Counted from the stretch's first letter, positions 35,494-47,300 are shown. The stretch is 64,000 bases of DNA from Terriglobia bacterium (GCA_020072815.1 JAIQGE010000014.1:7223-71222), one strand, 5' to 3'. A program made the numbers and translations. Notes: a model not told the origin generated them from the sequence alone.

Positions 35494-37278
35494 GTGTCAT
35501 TGCGGACCAAACTTCTTCTGGTGGTGGCCATGGGCATTGCAGCCAGCGTGGGCGCCGTGGCCTGGCTGATTGAAGAGCGCGCGCATGAGGCGTTTCGCCA
35601 GGTGGAAGAAGAACGGACCGCGGGCCTGGTGAACCAGTTTCGCCGCGAGTTTGACCACGAAGGCGAAGAAATTATTCACGGCGTGGAGACCATCGCCAAT
35701 TCTGATTCCATGCTGCGCATGACCACGGAGATCACCAACGGCGCGGACGTGGCCGTCTACATGAACGAGGCCGCCGGGTATGCTGCCGCGCAGCGCCTGG
35801 ATTTTCTGGATTTCATCTCGCCCGACGGCACCATTATTTCTTCCGCGCACTGGCCGGCGCGTGTCGGCTACAAGCAGCGGTGGTTTTTGGATCCGGCGGT
35901 CCCGCTTCCGCAGCCGGCCTTTCTCCGCCACGTGGAAAACCAGCAGGGCAGCACGCTGGCCATGCTGTGCCTGCGTCCGGTGCGTACGCACGGCGCGAAT
36001 TACTACCTGGTCGGCGGGCGTCGCCTGGACGCGGTGCTGAAATCGCTTTCGCCACCGGAAGGGGTCCGCGTCTCCATTTACAGCGTGCCGGAGCAAGGAC
36101 CGCCGGAGGTCCTGACCTCCACCGCGCCGGGCGCGGCGAAAGACACGCTGGACGTCAACAAGTTCATGGCCACCATCCAGAAGTCCATCGCGGAAAACTC
36201 CGAGCAAGCCACCACCGTGGAGTGGGGACGGGCCATGCAGTTGGAAGAGATTGTCCACGTGATTCCCCTGCCCGGTTATTCCGGCAAGGTGCCAGCGGCG
36301 CTGCTGGTGGGCAACTCGCTGGAGCAGGAGCTGACGCTGGAAAAACGTATCCGCAATATCAGCCTGATCATCGCCGGCGTGGGCGTATTTCTGGGCGTGG
36401 TGATTACCGGTATTCTGACCACGCGCATGAGCAGTCCGGTGAAAAAGCTGGCCGCTGCCGCGGCCCAGGTGGGCCAAGGCAACTGGGACGTGCGCGTGGA
36501 CGTGAAGTCGAAGGATGAAGTGGGCAAGCTGGCTGTGGCCTTCAACAAAATGACGGAAGAGCTGATGGCCCAGCGCGAACGCCTGGTGCAGAGCGAACGC
36601 GTGGCCGCGTGGCGCGAGCTGGCGCGACGCCTGGCGCATGAACTCAAGAACCCGCTCTTTCCCCTGCAGATCACCGTGGAAAACCTGCTGCGCGCGCGGG
36701 AAAACACTCCACAGGAGTTTGACGAAGTCTTTCGCGAAAGCACGGCGACGTTGCTGGCGGAGATCGCGAACTTGAAGACCATTATCGGGCGCTTCAGCGA
36801 TTTTTCGAAGATGCCCGCGCCGCAACTCCAGGCCGTGGACCTGGACGAACTTGTCCGCAGCGTGGTCCAACTCTTTCAGGGCCAGCTTACGCGCGGCGCC
36901 AACAAGATTGAGCCGGTGCTGGATCTGGGGAGGCCGCCGCAGATCAGCGGCGATCCGGTGCTGTTGCGGCGAGTGATCGAGAACCTGGTGCTCAACGCCA
37001 TTGACGCCATGCCCAAAGGCGGCAAGCTGACGTTCCGCACCGCCGCCGACGGCAAGTTCGCGGTACTCGATGTCTCCGACAGCGGCACCGGTCTGACGCA
37101 GGAAGAATGCGAGCGCCTGTTCACGCCGTACTACACCACCAAGCAGCACGGGACGGGGCTGGGCCTGGCGATCGCGCAGTCGGTGGTGAGCGACCACCAG
37201 GGACGCATCAGCGTGAGCAGCCGGAAAGACCAGGGAACCACTTTTCATGTAGAGTTGCCGTTGTGGAATAGCGACTAG
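35494..37278 (+). CDS. sensor histidine kinase (NtrY-like: TM, periplasmic domain, HAMP, HisKA, HATPase_c)
   Basis: H-box LAHELKNPLFPL; N, G1 and G2 boxes (NAIDAM, DSGTGL, GTGLGLAI); GTG start. Confidence 0.85.
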   Translation: MSLRTKLLLVVAMGIAASVGAVAWLIEERAHEAFRQVEEERTAGLVNQFRREFDHEGEEIIHGVETIANSDSMLRMTTEITNGADVAVYMNEAAGYAAAQRLDFLDFISPDGTIISSAHWPARVGYKQRWFLDPAVPLPQPAFLRHVENQQGSTLAMLCLRPVRTHGANYYLVGGRRLDAVLKSLSPPEGVRVSIYSVPEQGPPEVLTSTAPGAAKDTLDVNKFMATIQKSIAENSEQATTVEWGRAMQLEEIVHVIPLPGYSGKVPAALLVGNSLEQELTLEKRIRNISLIIAGVGVFLGVVITGILTTRMSSPVKKLAAAAAQVGQGNWDVRVDVKSKDEVGKLAVAFNKMTEELMAQRERLVQSERVAAWRELARRLAHELKNPLFPLQITVENLLRARENTPQEFDEVFRESTATLLAEIANLKTIIGRFSDFSKMPAPQLQAVDLDELVRSVVQLFQGQLTRGANKIEPVLDLGRPPQISGDPVLLRRVIENLVLNAIDAMPKGGKLTFRTAADGKFAVLDVSDSGTGLTQEECERLFTPYYTTKQHGTGLGLAIAQSVVSDHQGRISVSSRKDQGTTFHVELPLWNSD

Positions 37279-37310
37279 TCGCTAGCTGCTAGCCGCTAGT
37301 AGCTTCATTT

Positions 37311-38690
<1,380 letters not shown>

Positions 38691-38778
38691 AAAAGCAGCT
38701 CTTGGCTTTTAGCCATTGGCCTTTAGCTCTTGATGCTAAGCCTTGGCTCGTGGCTGACTAGCGAGAACGAGAGACCAC

Positions 38779-39279
38779 ATGGCTGAAGTACAGAGGACGT
38801 ATCCCGAACAATTTAACGAGCGCGATCTTTTCGTGCTTGAACTGGAGAAGCCCGAGGATTTTCCCGAACAGCTGGCTTTGTCCAGTCCGCGATTCGCGTG
38901 CTTGCTGGTCTGGGACGCGCGCGAATCGGACGAGGTTCGCGTGGGACAATTGGCGCGCAAGCTTCTCAGTGCAGGCGCGGTGTACATTTGCATTTGGGGT
39001 CCGGATTGCCGGCGCGTCCATGAAATTATCGGGCGAACGCCGGTCGCCGCCGCTCCTGCGCCCGTGGGCCGCGTGGCCGTGACCAGTGGCGACGCAAAAG
39101 TGCCTCTGGCCGAAGCCATCTGGGACATTCTTTACGGCTCGGTGCCTGACGAAGCGTTCGCCGCAAGCTGTGGCTCAACGGTGGGCATCACGATCGGCCT
39201 GCCGGCCCGCGCGGCGGAGGTTCGCGCGGCATTTAAGGATCCGATTGGGTTCAACGCGCGCCTGGTGCATCCGAGTTGA
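38779..39279 (+). CDS. hypothetical protein
   Basis: 166-aa ORF with good coding periodicity; no known motif. Confidence 0.4.
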   Translation: MAEVQRTYPEQFNERDLFVLELEKPEDFPEQLALSSPRFACLLVWDARESDEVRVGQLARKLLSAGAVYICIWGPDCRRVHEIIGRTPVAAAPAPVGRVAVTSGDAKVPLAEAIWDILYGSVPDEAFAASCGSTVGITIGLPARAAEVRAAFKDPIGFNARLVHPS

Positions 39280-39319
39280 CCCTCGAGCAGCAGGCAGCGT
39301 GCGGAAAAAGCTGTTCGCC

Positions 39320-39886
39320 ATGAAATACCTCAAATATCTGGAGGAGCGAGATTGGGATGCGATCGATCCCAAACTCGCAGAACGCCAGAACGCTGCATAT
39401 CGCCGTCAACTTTTGCGGTTGCAGCCTCGATTATCGAAGAAGGCATGGAACTACTTCTGGCTTGGTTTTGCGGAAACCGGGATTCACGACGCACGGTTGA
39501 TAGCGCTCAGCGCCGGCGATGGGCTTACTCGGTTGCCCCGTTTGCTTGGCGCACCGAACCTGCTGAGTATCAAGGCGGAGTTCCTTAACCAGAACGGCAA
39601 GCTCCGATTTGCTTTTAGCTACTCGCAAATCAAGAAGTTCTCTTTCGATTTCGACGCAACTCTCGGGGCGTATTTCATCGAACTCTCGGGTGGAAAATAC
39701 TTCTTTGACCGAAAGCACTATTTGAAAAACAACCACTTGGACCACGTGCTGGGCGACGAACTGTCAGCCGTGGACAAGACCTACTTGCGCCATGAGTTCA
39801 TATTCGCTTCAAGCGCACGCATTGTGGTGGAAGCCGCAAGAATCTCATTACAGCGGAAGCGCGTCCAGCGTCTGCGTGCACGTTGA
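39320..39886 (+). CDS. hypothetical protein (lower GC than surroundings)
   Basis: 188 aa from ATG 39320 (ORF track begins upstream at 39086); abuts tRNA-Met. Confidence 0.4.
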   Translation: MKYLKYLEERDWDAIDPKLAERQNAAYRRQLLRLQPRLSKKAWNYFWLGFAETGIHDARLIALSAGDGLTRLPRLLGAPNLLSIKAEFLNQNGKLRFAFSYSQIKKFSFDFDATLGAYFIELSGGKYFFDRKHYLKNNHLDHVLGDELSAVDKTYLRHEFIFASSARIVVEAARISLQRKRVQRLRAR

Positions 39887-39929
39887 GGGATGCGTGGTTC
39901 GCGGAGAACGTTTAAACTAAGGGCGGTGG

Positions 39930-40005
39930 GGGCCTGTAGCTCAATGGTTAGAGCAGCAGACTCATAATCTGTTGGTTGTAGGTTCGAGTCCTACCGGGCC
40001 CACCA
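39930..40005 (+). tRNA. tRNA-Met (anticodon CAT), elongator-type
   Basis: cloverleaf read manually: acceptor GGGCCTG/CGGGCCC, D-arm GCTC/GAGC, anticodon loop CTCATAA, T-loop TTCGAGT, 3' CCA encoded. Confidence 0.85.
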
Positions 40006-40010
40006 AAGTC

Positions 40011-41213
40011 CTACCGCGCTCCGGCCGCCACGCCCATCTTGCTGAGGATTTCGTCCACGGTCTGGATGGCGCGGTCAATTTCCTCCAAAGTGTTGTAGAA
40101 GTGCGGCGAGAAGCGCACGCCGGCGCGGGGACGGAAGTCCACCAGTACGTCGCGACGCAACAGTTCCTGGCAAACCTCCTGCGCGTTGGGCATATCAATG
40201 GCCACGGTGCCGCCGCGCAGCTCGGGGTCGCGCGGAGCGTTCACCTTCCAGCCGCGCTGGTCAGCCAGCTCGATCAGGCGCGCGGTCATGCGTTTGGATT
40301 TTGCGCGGATGCGCTCCACGCCGGCCTCGCGGATGATCTTGAGTCCGGGCATTGCCGTATAAAATCCCGGAACGTTGGACGTCCCCTGCATAAAGCGGAA
40401 AGGCTGCTCGCCGTACTTGCTGGGGCCAATCTCAAAGTCGAACGGGTGTTCGTGGGCGAACCATCCGGTGAAGGTGGGTTGAAGCTTTTTGGCCAGGTCC
40501 GGCTTTACATAAAGGTAGGAAGTGCCCGCGCCGCCGCAGAGCCACTTCAAAACGCCGCCAACGCAGAAGTCCACGTTGAAGTCTTGGACGTCGACGGGCA
40601 CGTTGCCGAGCGACTGGAAGCAGTCCAGCACAACCAGCGCGCCCACTTTGTGCGCCTTCTCCACGATGGCTTTTACGTCCTTGATATAAGAGCTGCGGAA
40701 GACCACGTGCGAGATGGGGACCAGAAGAGTCTCTTCGTCAATGGCGTCAACCAGTCGGCCGGTGGGGACGTGGACGCCGTCGTCAGTGCGGACCATGTGG
40801 ACGCGGGCGCCGCGCGCGCGCTGGGCTTCCCAGAAATACATAATCGAAGGGAAGTTCATGTCACTGTAAACGACCTTGTTGCGCTTGCCGCTGAAGTCAA
40901 AGCAACTGGCGATGACCGCTTGGCAGGAAGCCACGTTGAGCTGCAAGCTCACCGAGCCGGCGGGCGCGTTCATGATGGCGCCGATGGCGTCGCCCACTTC
41001 CTGGGCCATCATCCACCATTTTTCTTCCCAGGCGCGGACGCCGCGGGTGGCCCAGTCGTCACAGTACGAATGTACTGAGTCATACACGCCGCGGGGCATG
41101 GCGCCGAGCGAGTTGCTGATCATGTAAGTGGTGCGCTCCAGGATGGGGAACTCCGCTCGGAAGCGCAGCAGGTCGTCGTTTGGCGGATTGTTTCTCTGCC
41201 CGTTGTCGGTCAT
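40011..41213 (-). CDS. kynU: kynureninase
   Basis: about 400 aa; PLP-dependent aminotransferase class V fold; conserved kynureninase blocks; stop immediately after tRNA-Met. Confidence 0.85.
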   Translation of the reverse strand: MTDNGQRNNPPNDDLLRFRAEFPILERTTYMISNSLGAMPRGVYDSVHSYCDDWATRGVRAWEEKWWMMAQEVGDAIGAIMNAPAGSVSLQLNVASCQAVIASCFDFSGKRNKVVYSDMNFPSIMYFWEAQRARGARVHMVRTDDGVHVPTGRLVDAIDEETLLVPISHVVFRSSYIKDVKAIVEKAHKVGALVVLDCFQSLGNVPVDVQDFNVDFCVGGVLKWLCGGAGTSYLYVKPDLAKKLQPTFTGWFAHEHPFDFEIGPSKYGEQPFRFMQGTSNVPGFYTAMPGLKIIREAGVERIRAKSKRMTARLIELADQRGWKVNAPRDPELRGGTVAIDMPNAQEVCQELLRRDVLVDFRPRAGVRFSPHFYNTLEEIDRAIQTVDEILSKMGVAAGAR

Positions 41214-41411
41214 AGGAAAACAATTGTGCCTGAAAAAGCTCATGTTTGCACCTGGAGGGTTCGAGTATCGAAGAAGGCCAAGTATCGGCGAACAGGGCTT
41301 GGGCCGATGGGCAGCCGAGTCGAGTGACGCGCCGGCTCGCAAAAAACTTTCGTCCGCCGCGCGGTTTTTCTTTTGCACGCACGCCATGGATGCTATATTG
41401 CGCAAACTGCG

Positions 41412-42728
41412 ATGCGAAAAACACAGACTGGTTCCAGCCGCAAGCTGACGGTGCTGTCGCTGGCGGCGGCGACGTATTTCATGGTGTCCGGCGGCCCGTA
41501 CGGCATGGAGGAACTGGTGCAGGATGCCGGCTACAAGCTGGCCGTGGTCATTCTCTTTCTCACGCCGCTGATCTGGAGCCTGCCAACCGGGCTGATGGTG
41601 GGCGAACTGGCGGCCGCGATTCCAGCGGAAGGCGGCTTTTACGTGTGGGTGCGCCGCGCCATGGGTCCGTTCTGGGGGTTCCAGGAAGCATGGCTCTCGC
41701 TGGTGGCCAGCATCTTTGACATGGCCATCTATCCAACGGTGTTCGTGCTTTACCTGGGACGCCTGTGGCCTGCGCTGACAGCAGGTAACAGAGGCGTGGC
41801 GATCGCCGCCGCCATGATTGTTGTTTGCTTGGCTTGGAACCTCTTCGGCGCCAAGGCCGTAGGCGAAGGCTCCGTGTTACTGGGCCTGCTGATGCTGGCC
41901 CCGTTTGTGCTGATCACGGCATTTGCCTTTTTCCGCCACGTTCCGCTGGGCAACGCGCAACCGGCAGAGGGAAGTTTTCTTACCGGCATTCTGGTGGCCA
42001 TGTGGAACTACATGGGATGGGACAACGCGTCCACCGTGGCCAATGAGGTTGAAGATCCGCAGAAAACGTATCCGCGGGTGATGATGCTGGCGCTGGGCGC
42101 GATCATTTTTTCTTACGTCATTCCTGTGGTTGCGGTTTGGCACTTGCACGTCCAGGCGGACATATGGTCCACCGGAAGCTGGGCCAGCATTGCCACCATG
42201 GTGGTTGGGCCGTGGCTGGGCTTTGCCCTGGTGGGCGCGGCCATGATCAGCGAGTTCGGAACGTTCAACTCACTGGTGATGTCGTATTCGCGGTTGCCCG
42301 TGGCCATGGCGGAAGACGGCCATCTTCCCAAGATATTTGCGCGCAAACTGAAAGACGGCGCGCCCTGGGTGGCGATCCTGGTTCTGGGTGTCGCGTGGGC
42401 GGCGTCCCTCGGGCTGAGTTTTGACAAGCTCATCATGCTCGACATTCTTCTTTACGGAGCAAGCCTGGTGCTGGAGTTTCTGGCGCTGATCATTCTGCGC
42501 ATTCGCGAACCACAACTCTTGCGGCCGTTCCGCGTGCCCGGCGGAATGTTCGGCGCGATTGCCATTGCCGTAGGCCCCACGGCGCTGCTGGTCATCGCGT
42601 TGATCAAGAACCGCGGAGAACATTTGGACCTGTGGCGGATAGGCAGCGTAAGCCAACTGGGCTTCGGCATGGTGCTGATGGCGCTGGGCGTGGTCTATTA
42701 CTTTGTGGCGGGAAGAGCCCGGAAATAG
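41412..42728 (+). CDS. APC-family amino acid permease
   Basis: 12 TM; divergent from kynU. Confidence 0.75.
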   Translation: MRKTQTGSSRKLTVLSLAAATYFMVSGGPYGMEELVQDAGYKLAVVILFLTPLIWSLPTGLMVGELAAAIPAEGGFYVWVRRAMGPFWGFQEAWLSLVASIFDMAIYPTVFVLYLGRLWPALTAGNRGVAIAAAMIVVCLAWNLFGAKAVGEGSVLLGLLMLAPFVLITAFAFFRHVPLGNAQPAEGSFLTGILVAMWNYMGWDNASTVANEVEDPQKTYPRVMMLALGAIIFSYVIPVVAVWHLHVQADIWSTGSWASIATMVVGPWLGFALVGAAMISEFGTFNSLVMSYSRLPVAMAEDGHLPKIFARKLKDGAPWVAILVLGVAWAASLGLSFDKLIMLDILLYGASLVLEFLALIILRIREPQLLRPFRVPGGMFGAIAIAVGPTALLVIALIKNRGEHLDLWRIGSVSQLGFGMVLMALGVVYYFVAGRARK

Positions 42729-43101
42729 CTCTCACCACGGAGACACGGAGGCACGGAGAAAAAACCATCACTAGTCAGGAGGCGGGCGGCGGCACCCACG
42801 GCAGCGGCCAACAATCCCCCAGAAATAAGGGTTCCGCACTTCGCAATAAGGGCATGCCAGGGAAACGAGTCTCCACACAGATACACACCAAACCAAAGTC
42901 CACGCTCCCGCAAGATAAAAAGGAAGAGTCTCATTCTTGAGCACTGCACTGGAAAACACCGCAAAAAGCAAACAGATTGGCACAAAGCCCGCGAACAAAA
43001 GCCAACTGACGATTCGCGCTCGCTTAAGGGCCCGCCTGTTCAGTTCCATGACGCCTCCAGCGCCGATCCCAATGTGCTACGTGGCTAAGTTCCTCAGCGT
43101 T

Positions 43102-44442
43102 TTAAGGTTGTTGGATCTTGTTTCTCGGCATCAGGAAATACGCTCCACCCAAGATCAACAAATAAAACACCGCGCTTTGCGCCGCGACCTTTGCTTGCTG
43201 CACCCACCATGTGCAAGCGACGGTGGCGACAATCGCGATGAATCCCAGGAGCGAACCCGCGGCCCCCAGCGGGGAGCGCAATCCGATTTCCGCCAGTTGA
43301 TCGCGCGTGATTGTTTTTCGGAAACGCACGTGGGCAAGAAGCGAGATCAGCCAGGCGATCATCCCGCCGACCAGCGCGGCGTTGATCATATAAAGATACG
43401 CGTGCTTGGTGCGAAGCTGCAGCAGAATAGCCCCGACAATGCCCAGCATCGAAACCAGCAGCGCGCCCATGGGCACGCCATGATGGTTCAGCACGCCCAT
43501 AGGTCGTGGCGCGTAGCCGGAGCGGGCGAGCGAGAACAACATGCGCGACGTCACGTACAGGCTGGCGTTGGCGCCGGAGAGCGCGGCGGAGAGCACCACA
43601 AAGTTCATGATGAACCCGGCCGCGGGAATTCCTGAGACTTTGAACACGGTGACGAACGGGCTCTCGGAAACGCCGGCGTTTTTCCAGGGCATCACGCCCA
43701 CCAGCACGGCCATGGCGCCCACGTAGATAAACGCCAGCATGGCAAAAGCGATGCGCGTGGCGCGCGCCACGTCGGCGCTGGAGCGGGCCTCGCCGGAGGA
43801 GACGGCCACCATCTCAATGCCGAGAAAACTGTAAAGCCCGAACGAAATGACGAACAGCGGCGCCGTCCACCCATTGGGTGCGAACCCACCGCTGGCCACG
43901 TACTGGGGATGGACTTTTCCGGCAAACAGCAGCGCTGCGCCCATCAGGATAAAAACAAAAATGGTGACGACCTTGATCAGCGCGAACCAATATTCGAACG
44001 TGCCGTAGTGTCCGACGGAAAAGAGGTTGATGGCCACAAGAAAGCCGCCAAAGACCACCATCCACACCACGACCGGCACGCCGGGAAACCATATCTGCAT
44101 GTAGGTTCCGGCGGCCACCAGCTCAGAGCCAATGGCCATGACCACGGAAAACCAGTAACCGTAGCGGGCCACGAACCCAGCCCAGGGATTGAGATAGAGT
44201 TCGGCGTAAACGCCAAACGACCCGGCCGCGGGGTGCGCGGCTGACATCTCTCCCAGGGCCATGGCCACGGTGAATGTGATGAGCGCGCTGAGCGCATAAG
44301 TGACAATCACCGCCGGCCCGGCCACCTGGATGGCAGCCCCCGACCCCAGCAGCAGACCGGTGCCGATGGAGCCGCCCACGGCGACCATGGCCATCTGGCG
44401 CGCGCCCAGCTCGCGTTTCAGACCTTGTTCTGGTTCTGGCAT
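43102..44442 (-). CDS. APC-family amino acid permease (AAT subfamily-like)
   Basis: 12 TM; N-terminal SIGTGLLLGSG motif; ATG start at 44442 (track begins TTG 44448). Confidence 0.8.
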   Translation of the reverse strand: MPEPEQGLKRELGARQMAMVAVGGSIGTGLLLGSGAAIQVAGPAVIVTYALSALITFTVAMALGEMSAAHPAAGSFGVYAELYLNPWAGFVARYGYWFSVVMAIGSELVAAGTYMQIWFPGVPVVVWMVVFGGFLVAINLFSVGHYGTFEYWFALIKVVTIFVFILMGAALLFAGKVHPQYVASGGFAPNGWTAPLFVISFGLYSFLGIEMVAVSSGEARSSADVARATRIAFAMLAFIYVGAMAVLVGVMPWKNAGVSESPFVTVFKVSGIPAAGFIMNFVVLSAALSGANASLYVTSRMLFSLARSGYAPRPMGVLNHHGVPMGALLVSMLGIVGAILLQLRTKHAYLYMINAALVGGMIAWLISLLAHVRFRKTITRDQLAEIGLRSPLGAAGSLLGFIAIVATVACTWWVQQAKVAAQSAVFYLLILGGAYFLMPRNKIQQP

Positions 44443-44708
44443 CCGCAAATTTATATATGCAGCGCCGCCACAGCGCCAGTCATTCTTCGGGGAACCAGCT
44501 TCGCGTGCTCGGCCCTCCTCCCGTCAAAGCGGACAGGTTTAAGGGTAGCAATCACGCACGCTCGGAGCGTTACGCGGTCGTCGCGTCACGGAAGTTACCC
44601 CGGCAAGCATTGAGCGCAGCGCCAATTACGCATAGAATTGACCATACTCTCGTCCCCAGAAGGGTCTTGTTCCGATTTGCAAGAGCGTTTTCTGGGGCAT
44701 TGGAATTC

Positions 44709-47300
44709 ATGGCGGACATCTCCAAGCGGCTGGAAAAAGCGGAAAAGTACCTCCAAAAGGGCAAACCGGAAGCCGCCCTGGAGGAGTACCTGGCGATCCT
44801 GGAAGACGAACCCAGGAACGATCAAGTGCGCCAAACCGCCGCCGATCTTTGCCTGGCCCTGGGCCGCGGCGGCGAAGCCGGCAACCTGCTCAGCCAGATG
44901 TTCCAGCAGGAGATTGAAGCCGGCGACAGCGCCCGCGGCGTCGTCACCTACAAGAAGCTGGCCAAGATCTCCGTGCCCACGCCGGTGCAGACCTTCCACT
45001 ACGCCCAGCTCATGGAAAAGAAGGACCGCCGTGAAGCACTGGAAGCCTATGAAACCGCGCTGGCCGGTTTCGAAAAGCAACGCAAGAACGCGCAGGTGCT
45101 GGCCGCGGCGAAAAAGATCGTTGAGCTCTCGCCCACCATGGAAAACCTGCAGCGCGCGGGCGAGAAAGCCGCCATCATGGGCGAAGGCCGCACGGCGTCG
45201 CTCCACTTTGTGCAACTGGGTTTGTTGAAAGATGAAGAGTCTCCCGGCACCGGCTTCGTCTGGTTTGAGCGCGCCTACAACCTTGATCCCATGAACCTGC
45301 AAGCGGTCTTTCTCTACAGCCGCGGCCTGTTCTCGCGCAACTCGCTGCCCGAGTGCATTGACGTCCTGACTCCCGTGGTGACCCGGTTCCAGAGCACGCC
45401 TGAGGTTCGCGAACTGTACGCGCACGCGCTGATGGCGGCGCGGCGTCCTGCCGAGGCTGAGCCGCTGGCCTGGGAGCTGTTCATCAAAGATCCCCGGCAA
45501 CTGGAAGAAATTGCAGCGCTGGTGGGCGTGTATTTGGACATTGGCGATACCCAGGGCGCGCTGGACCTGGCCAAGCGGGTGGAAGACCATGAGACGCGCA
45601 ATGGCCGCCGCCGCGAATTTCTGGCTGCCATGTTTGACATGTCTGACCGGCGCCTGCCCACGCTGGGTTTTGCCGAATACCTGGCCGCGCTGTTCAACAC
45701 CGCCAACATGGAGCACGAGTACAGCACCACGCTGCTGAAGCTGTTTCAGCTGTACTTTAACGCCGGCCGCTTCGTGCAGGCGGGCGAGACGCTGGACCGC
45801 GCGGCGGAACTTGATTCCTATGAGGCCGGCCACGGCAAGCGTCTGGAGATGCTGCGCGGCAAGATTGATCAGACGCAGTACAACCGCATCGCCAACCGCT
45901 TCAGCAAAGTTGGCACCAAAGTGGAAGCGCCGGCGCGCCCTGAACCGGTCGCGGCGAAGACGACGGCAGCCAAGACCACCGGCGGCGAAGCCGAGCCTGC
46001 CGTGCTGGAAGACTTCATCCTGCAGGCGGAGATCTATCTGCAGTACGGAATGCGTTCCAAAGCCATGGAGCGGATTGAGCGCATCCATAAGCTTTTTCCT
46101 CGCGAAGAGTCAAAGAACGAGAAGCTCCGCCTTTTGTATCTCACCGCCGGCTTCACGCCGGTGTATGAGACCTCGGCTCCGACTGCGTCGGGCGCCAACG
46201 TTTGGCCCCCGGAGCCGCCCGCGGGCAAAGCGGTGGGAGCGGCCGCAGGTCCGCAGGACGAGAACGCGGTGGACAACTTTACCCGCGTCACGGAAATCAC
46301 CCGCAGCTTCTATCGCCAGGCGACGGTGAAGAGCGTGCTGTTTACCGCGGTGAATGAAATTGGGCGGCATTTCAACGCCAGCCGGTGCGTCGCCGGACTG
46401 TGCACGCCGGGCAAGCCGCCTTCCGCGGCGCTGGAATATTGCGCGCCGGGCACCAAGCAGTCTGACGTGATGGCCATCGTCAAGCTCATCGCCTTGACGC
46501 AGACCCTGGCCGGCGCCGGCGCGGCTTCCATTCCCAACGCCGCCTCGGCGCCGGAACTCTCTCCCGTCAAAGAACATATTGAGGCGTTGAACATTCAGTC
46601 CCTGTTGGCCGTGCCGCTGCTGGATTCCGGCGAACAATCGGGCATTCTGATCCTGGAACAGACTTCGCCCCGACAGTGGCGGCAGAATGATCTGGTAGTG
46701 CTCAAGACCATGGCGGAACAAGTGGTGCTGGCGGTGAGCAACGCCCGCCTGCGCACCTTGATGAAGACCCTGGCCGTGACCGACGAGAAATCCGGCCTGC
46801 TGAAGAGATCGTCGTATCTCGACGTTTTGCTCTCTGAGGTGCGGCGGTCGCTGCAACAGCACACGCCGCTGACCCTGATGCTGCTGCATTTTGGCAAAGC
46901 GTCGGCCATGTTGAAGGAAATCGGCGAGGCCCAGGTGGAGAACATGATGCAGCAGGTGGGCCAGACCCTGGCTACCCACGTCCGCCAAAACGACGTGGCC
47001 GTGCGCTATGACCTTACCAGCATCGCCCTGGTGCTCTCCGACACGGCGGAGAAAAACGCTTTCCTGGTGGTGGACAAAATGCGCAAGGTGCTCTCGCCCA
47101 TCCGCGTGCCAGGCACCGAGCGCGCGCCGGCCATCAGCGTCGGCATCGCGGAGGCCGTGCTGCAAGACCGCTTTGACGCCGTGGACATTGTCACCGAGGT
47201 GATCAACCGCGTGGAAAACGCCCTGGACCAGGCCCGCGCCGAAGGCGGCAACAAAGCCCAGGCGCTCGCGGCCAAGCTGGAACCGAACGCGGTGGCGTGA
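44709..47300 (+). CDS. TPR repeats / GAF domain / degenerate GGDEF-like domain signalling protein
   Basis: about 860 aa from MADISK; N-terminal TPR-like helical repeats; GAF-like segment; C-terminal GGDEF fold with RYDLTS replacing RYGGEEF. Confidence 0.65.
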   Translation: MADISKRLEKAEKYLQKGKPEAALEEYLAILEDEPRNDQVRQTAADLCLALGRGGEAGNLLSQMFQQEIEAGDSARGVVTYKKLAKISVPTPVQTFHYAQLMEKKDRREALEAYETALAGFEKQRKNAQVLAAAKKIVELSPTMENLQRAGEKAAIMGEGRTASLHFVQLGLLKDEESPGTGFVWFERAYNLDPMNLQAVFLYSRGLFSRNSLPECIDVLTPVVTRFQSTPEVRELYAHALMAARRPAEAEPLAWELFIKDPRQLEEIAALVGVYLDIGDTQGALDLAKRVEDHETRNGRRREFLAAMFDMSDRRLPTLGFAEYLAALFNTANMEHEYSTTLLKLFQLYFNAGRFVQAGETLDRAAELDSYEAGHGKRLEMLRGKIDQTQYNRIANRFSKVGTKVEAPARPEPVAAKTTAAKTTGGEAEPAVLEDFILQAEIYLQYGMRSKAMERIERIHKLFPREESKNEKLRLLYLTAGFTPVYETSAPTASGANVWPPEPPAGKAVGAAAGPQDENAVDNFTRVTEITRSFYRQATVKSVLFTAVNEIGRHFNASRCVAGLCTPGKPPSAALEYCAPGTKQSDVMAIVKLIALTQTLAGAGAASIPNAASAPELSPVKEHIEALNIQSLLAVPLLDSGEQSGILILEQTSPRQWRQNDLVVLKTMAEQVVLAVSNARLRTLMKTLAVTDEKSGLLKRSSYLDVLLSEVRRSLQQHTPLTLMLLHFGKASAMLKEIGEAQVENMMQQVGQTLATHVRQNDVAVRYDLTSIALVLSDTAEKNAFLVVDKMRKVLSPIRVPGTERAPAISVGIAEAVLQDRFDAVDIVTEVINRVENALDQARAEGGNKAQALAAKLEPNAVA

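Noticed and set aside
39987-40016. Interpreting the AGTCCTACCG duplication at the tRNA-Met 3' end as a definite att site
   Set aside because: The second copy lies inside the kynureninase C-terminal codons and is only 10 bp, so chance or coding constraint cannot be excluded. It is kept only as a low-confidence hint in the findings.
39962-41078. ORFs 39962-40198 (minus) and 39972-41078 (plus) overlapping tRNA-Met and kynureninase
   Set aside because: They overlap a tRNA gene and a strongly supported kynU; they are artefacts of open frames in GC-rich antisense.
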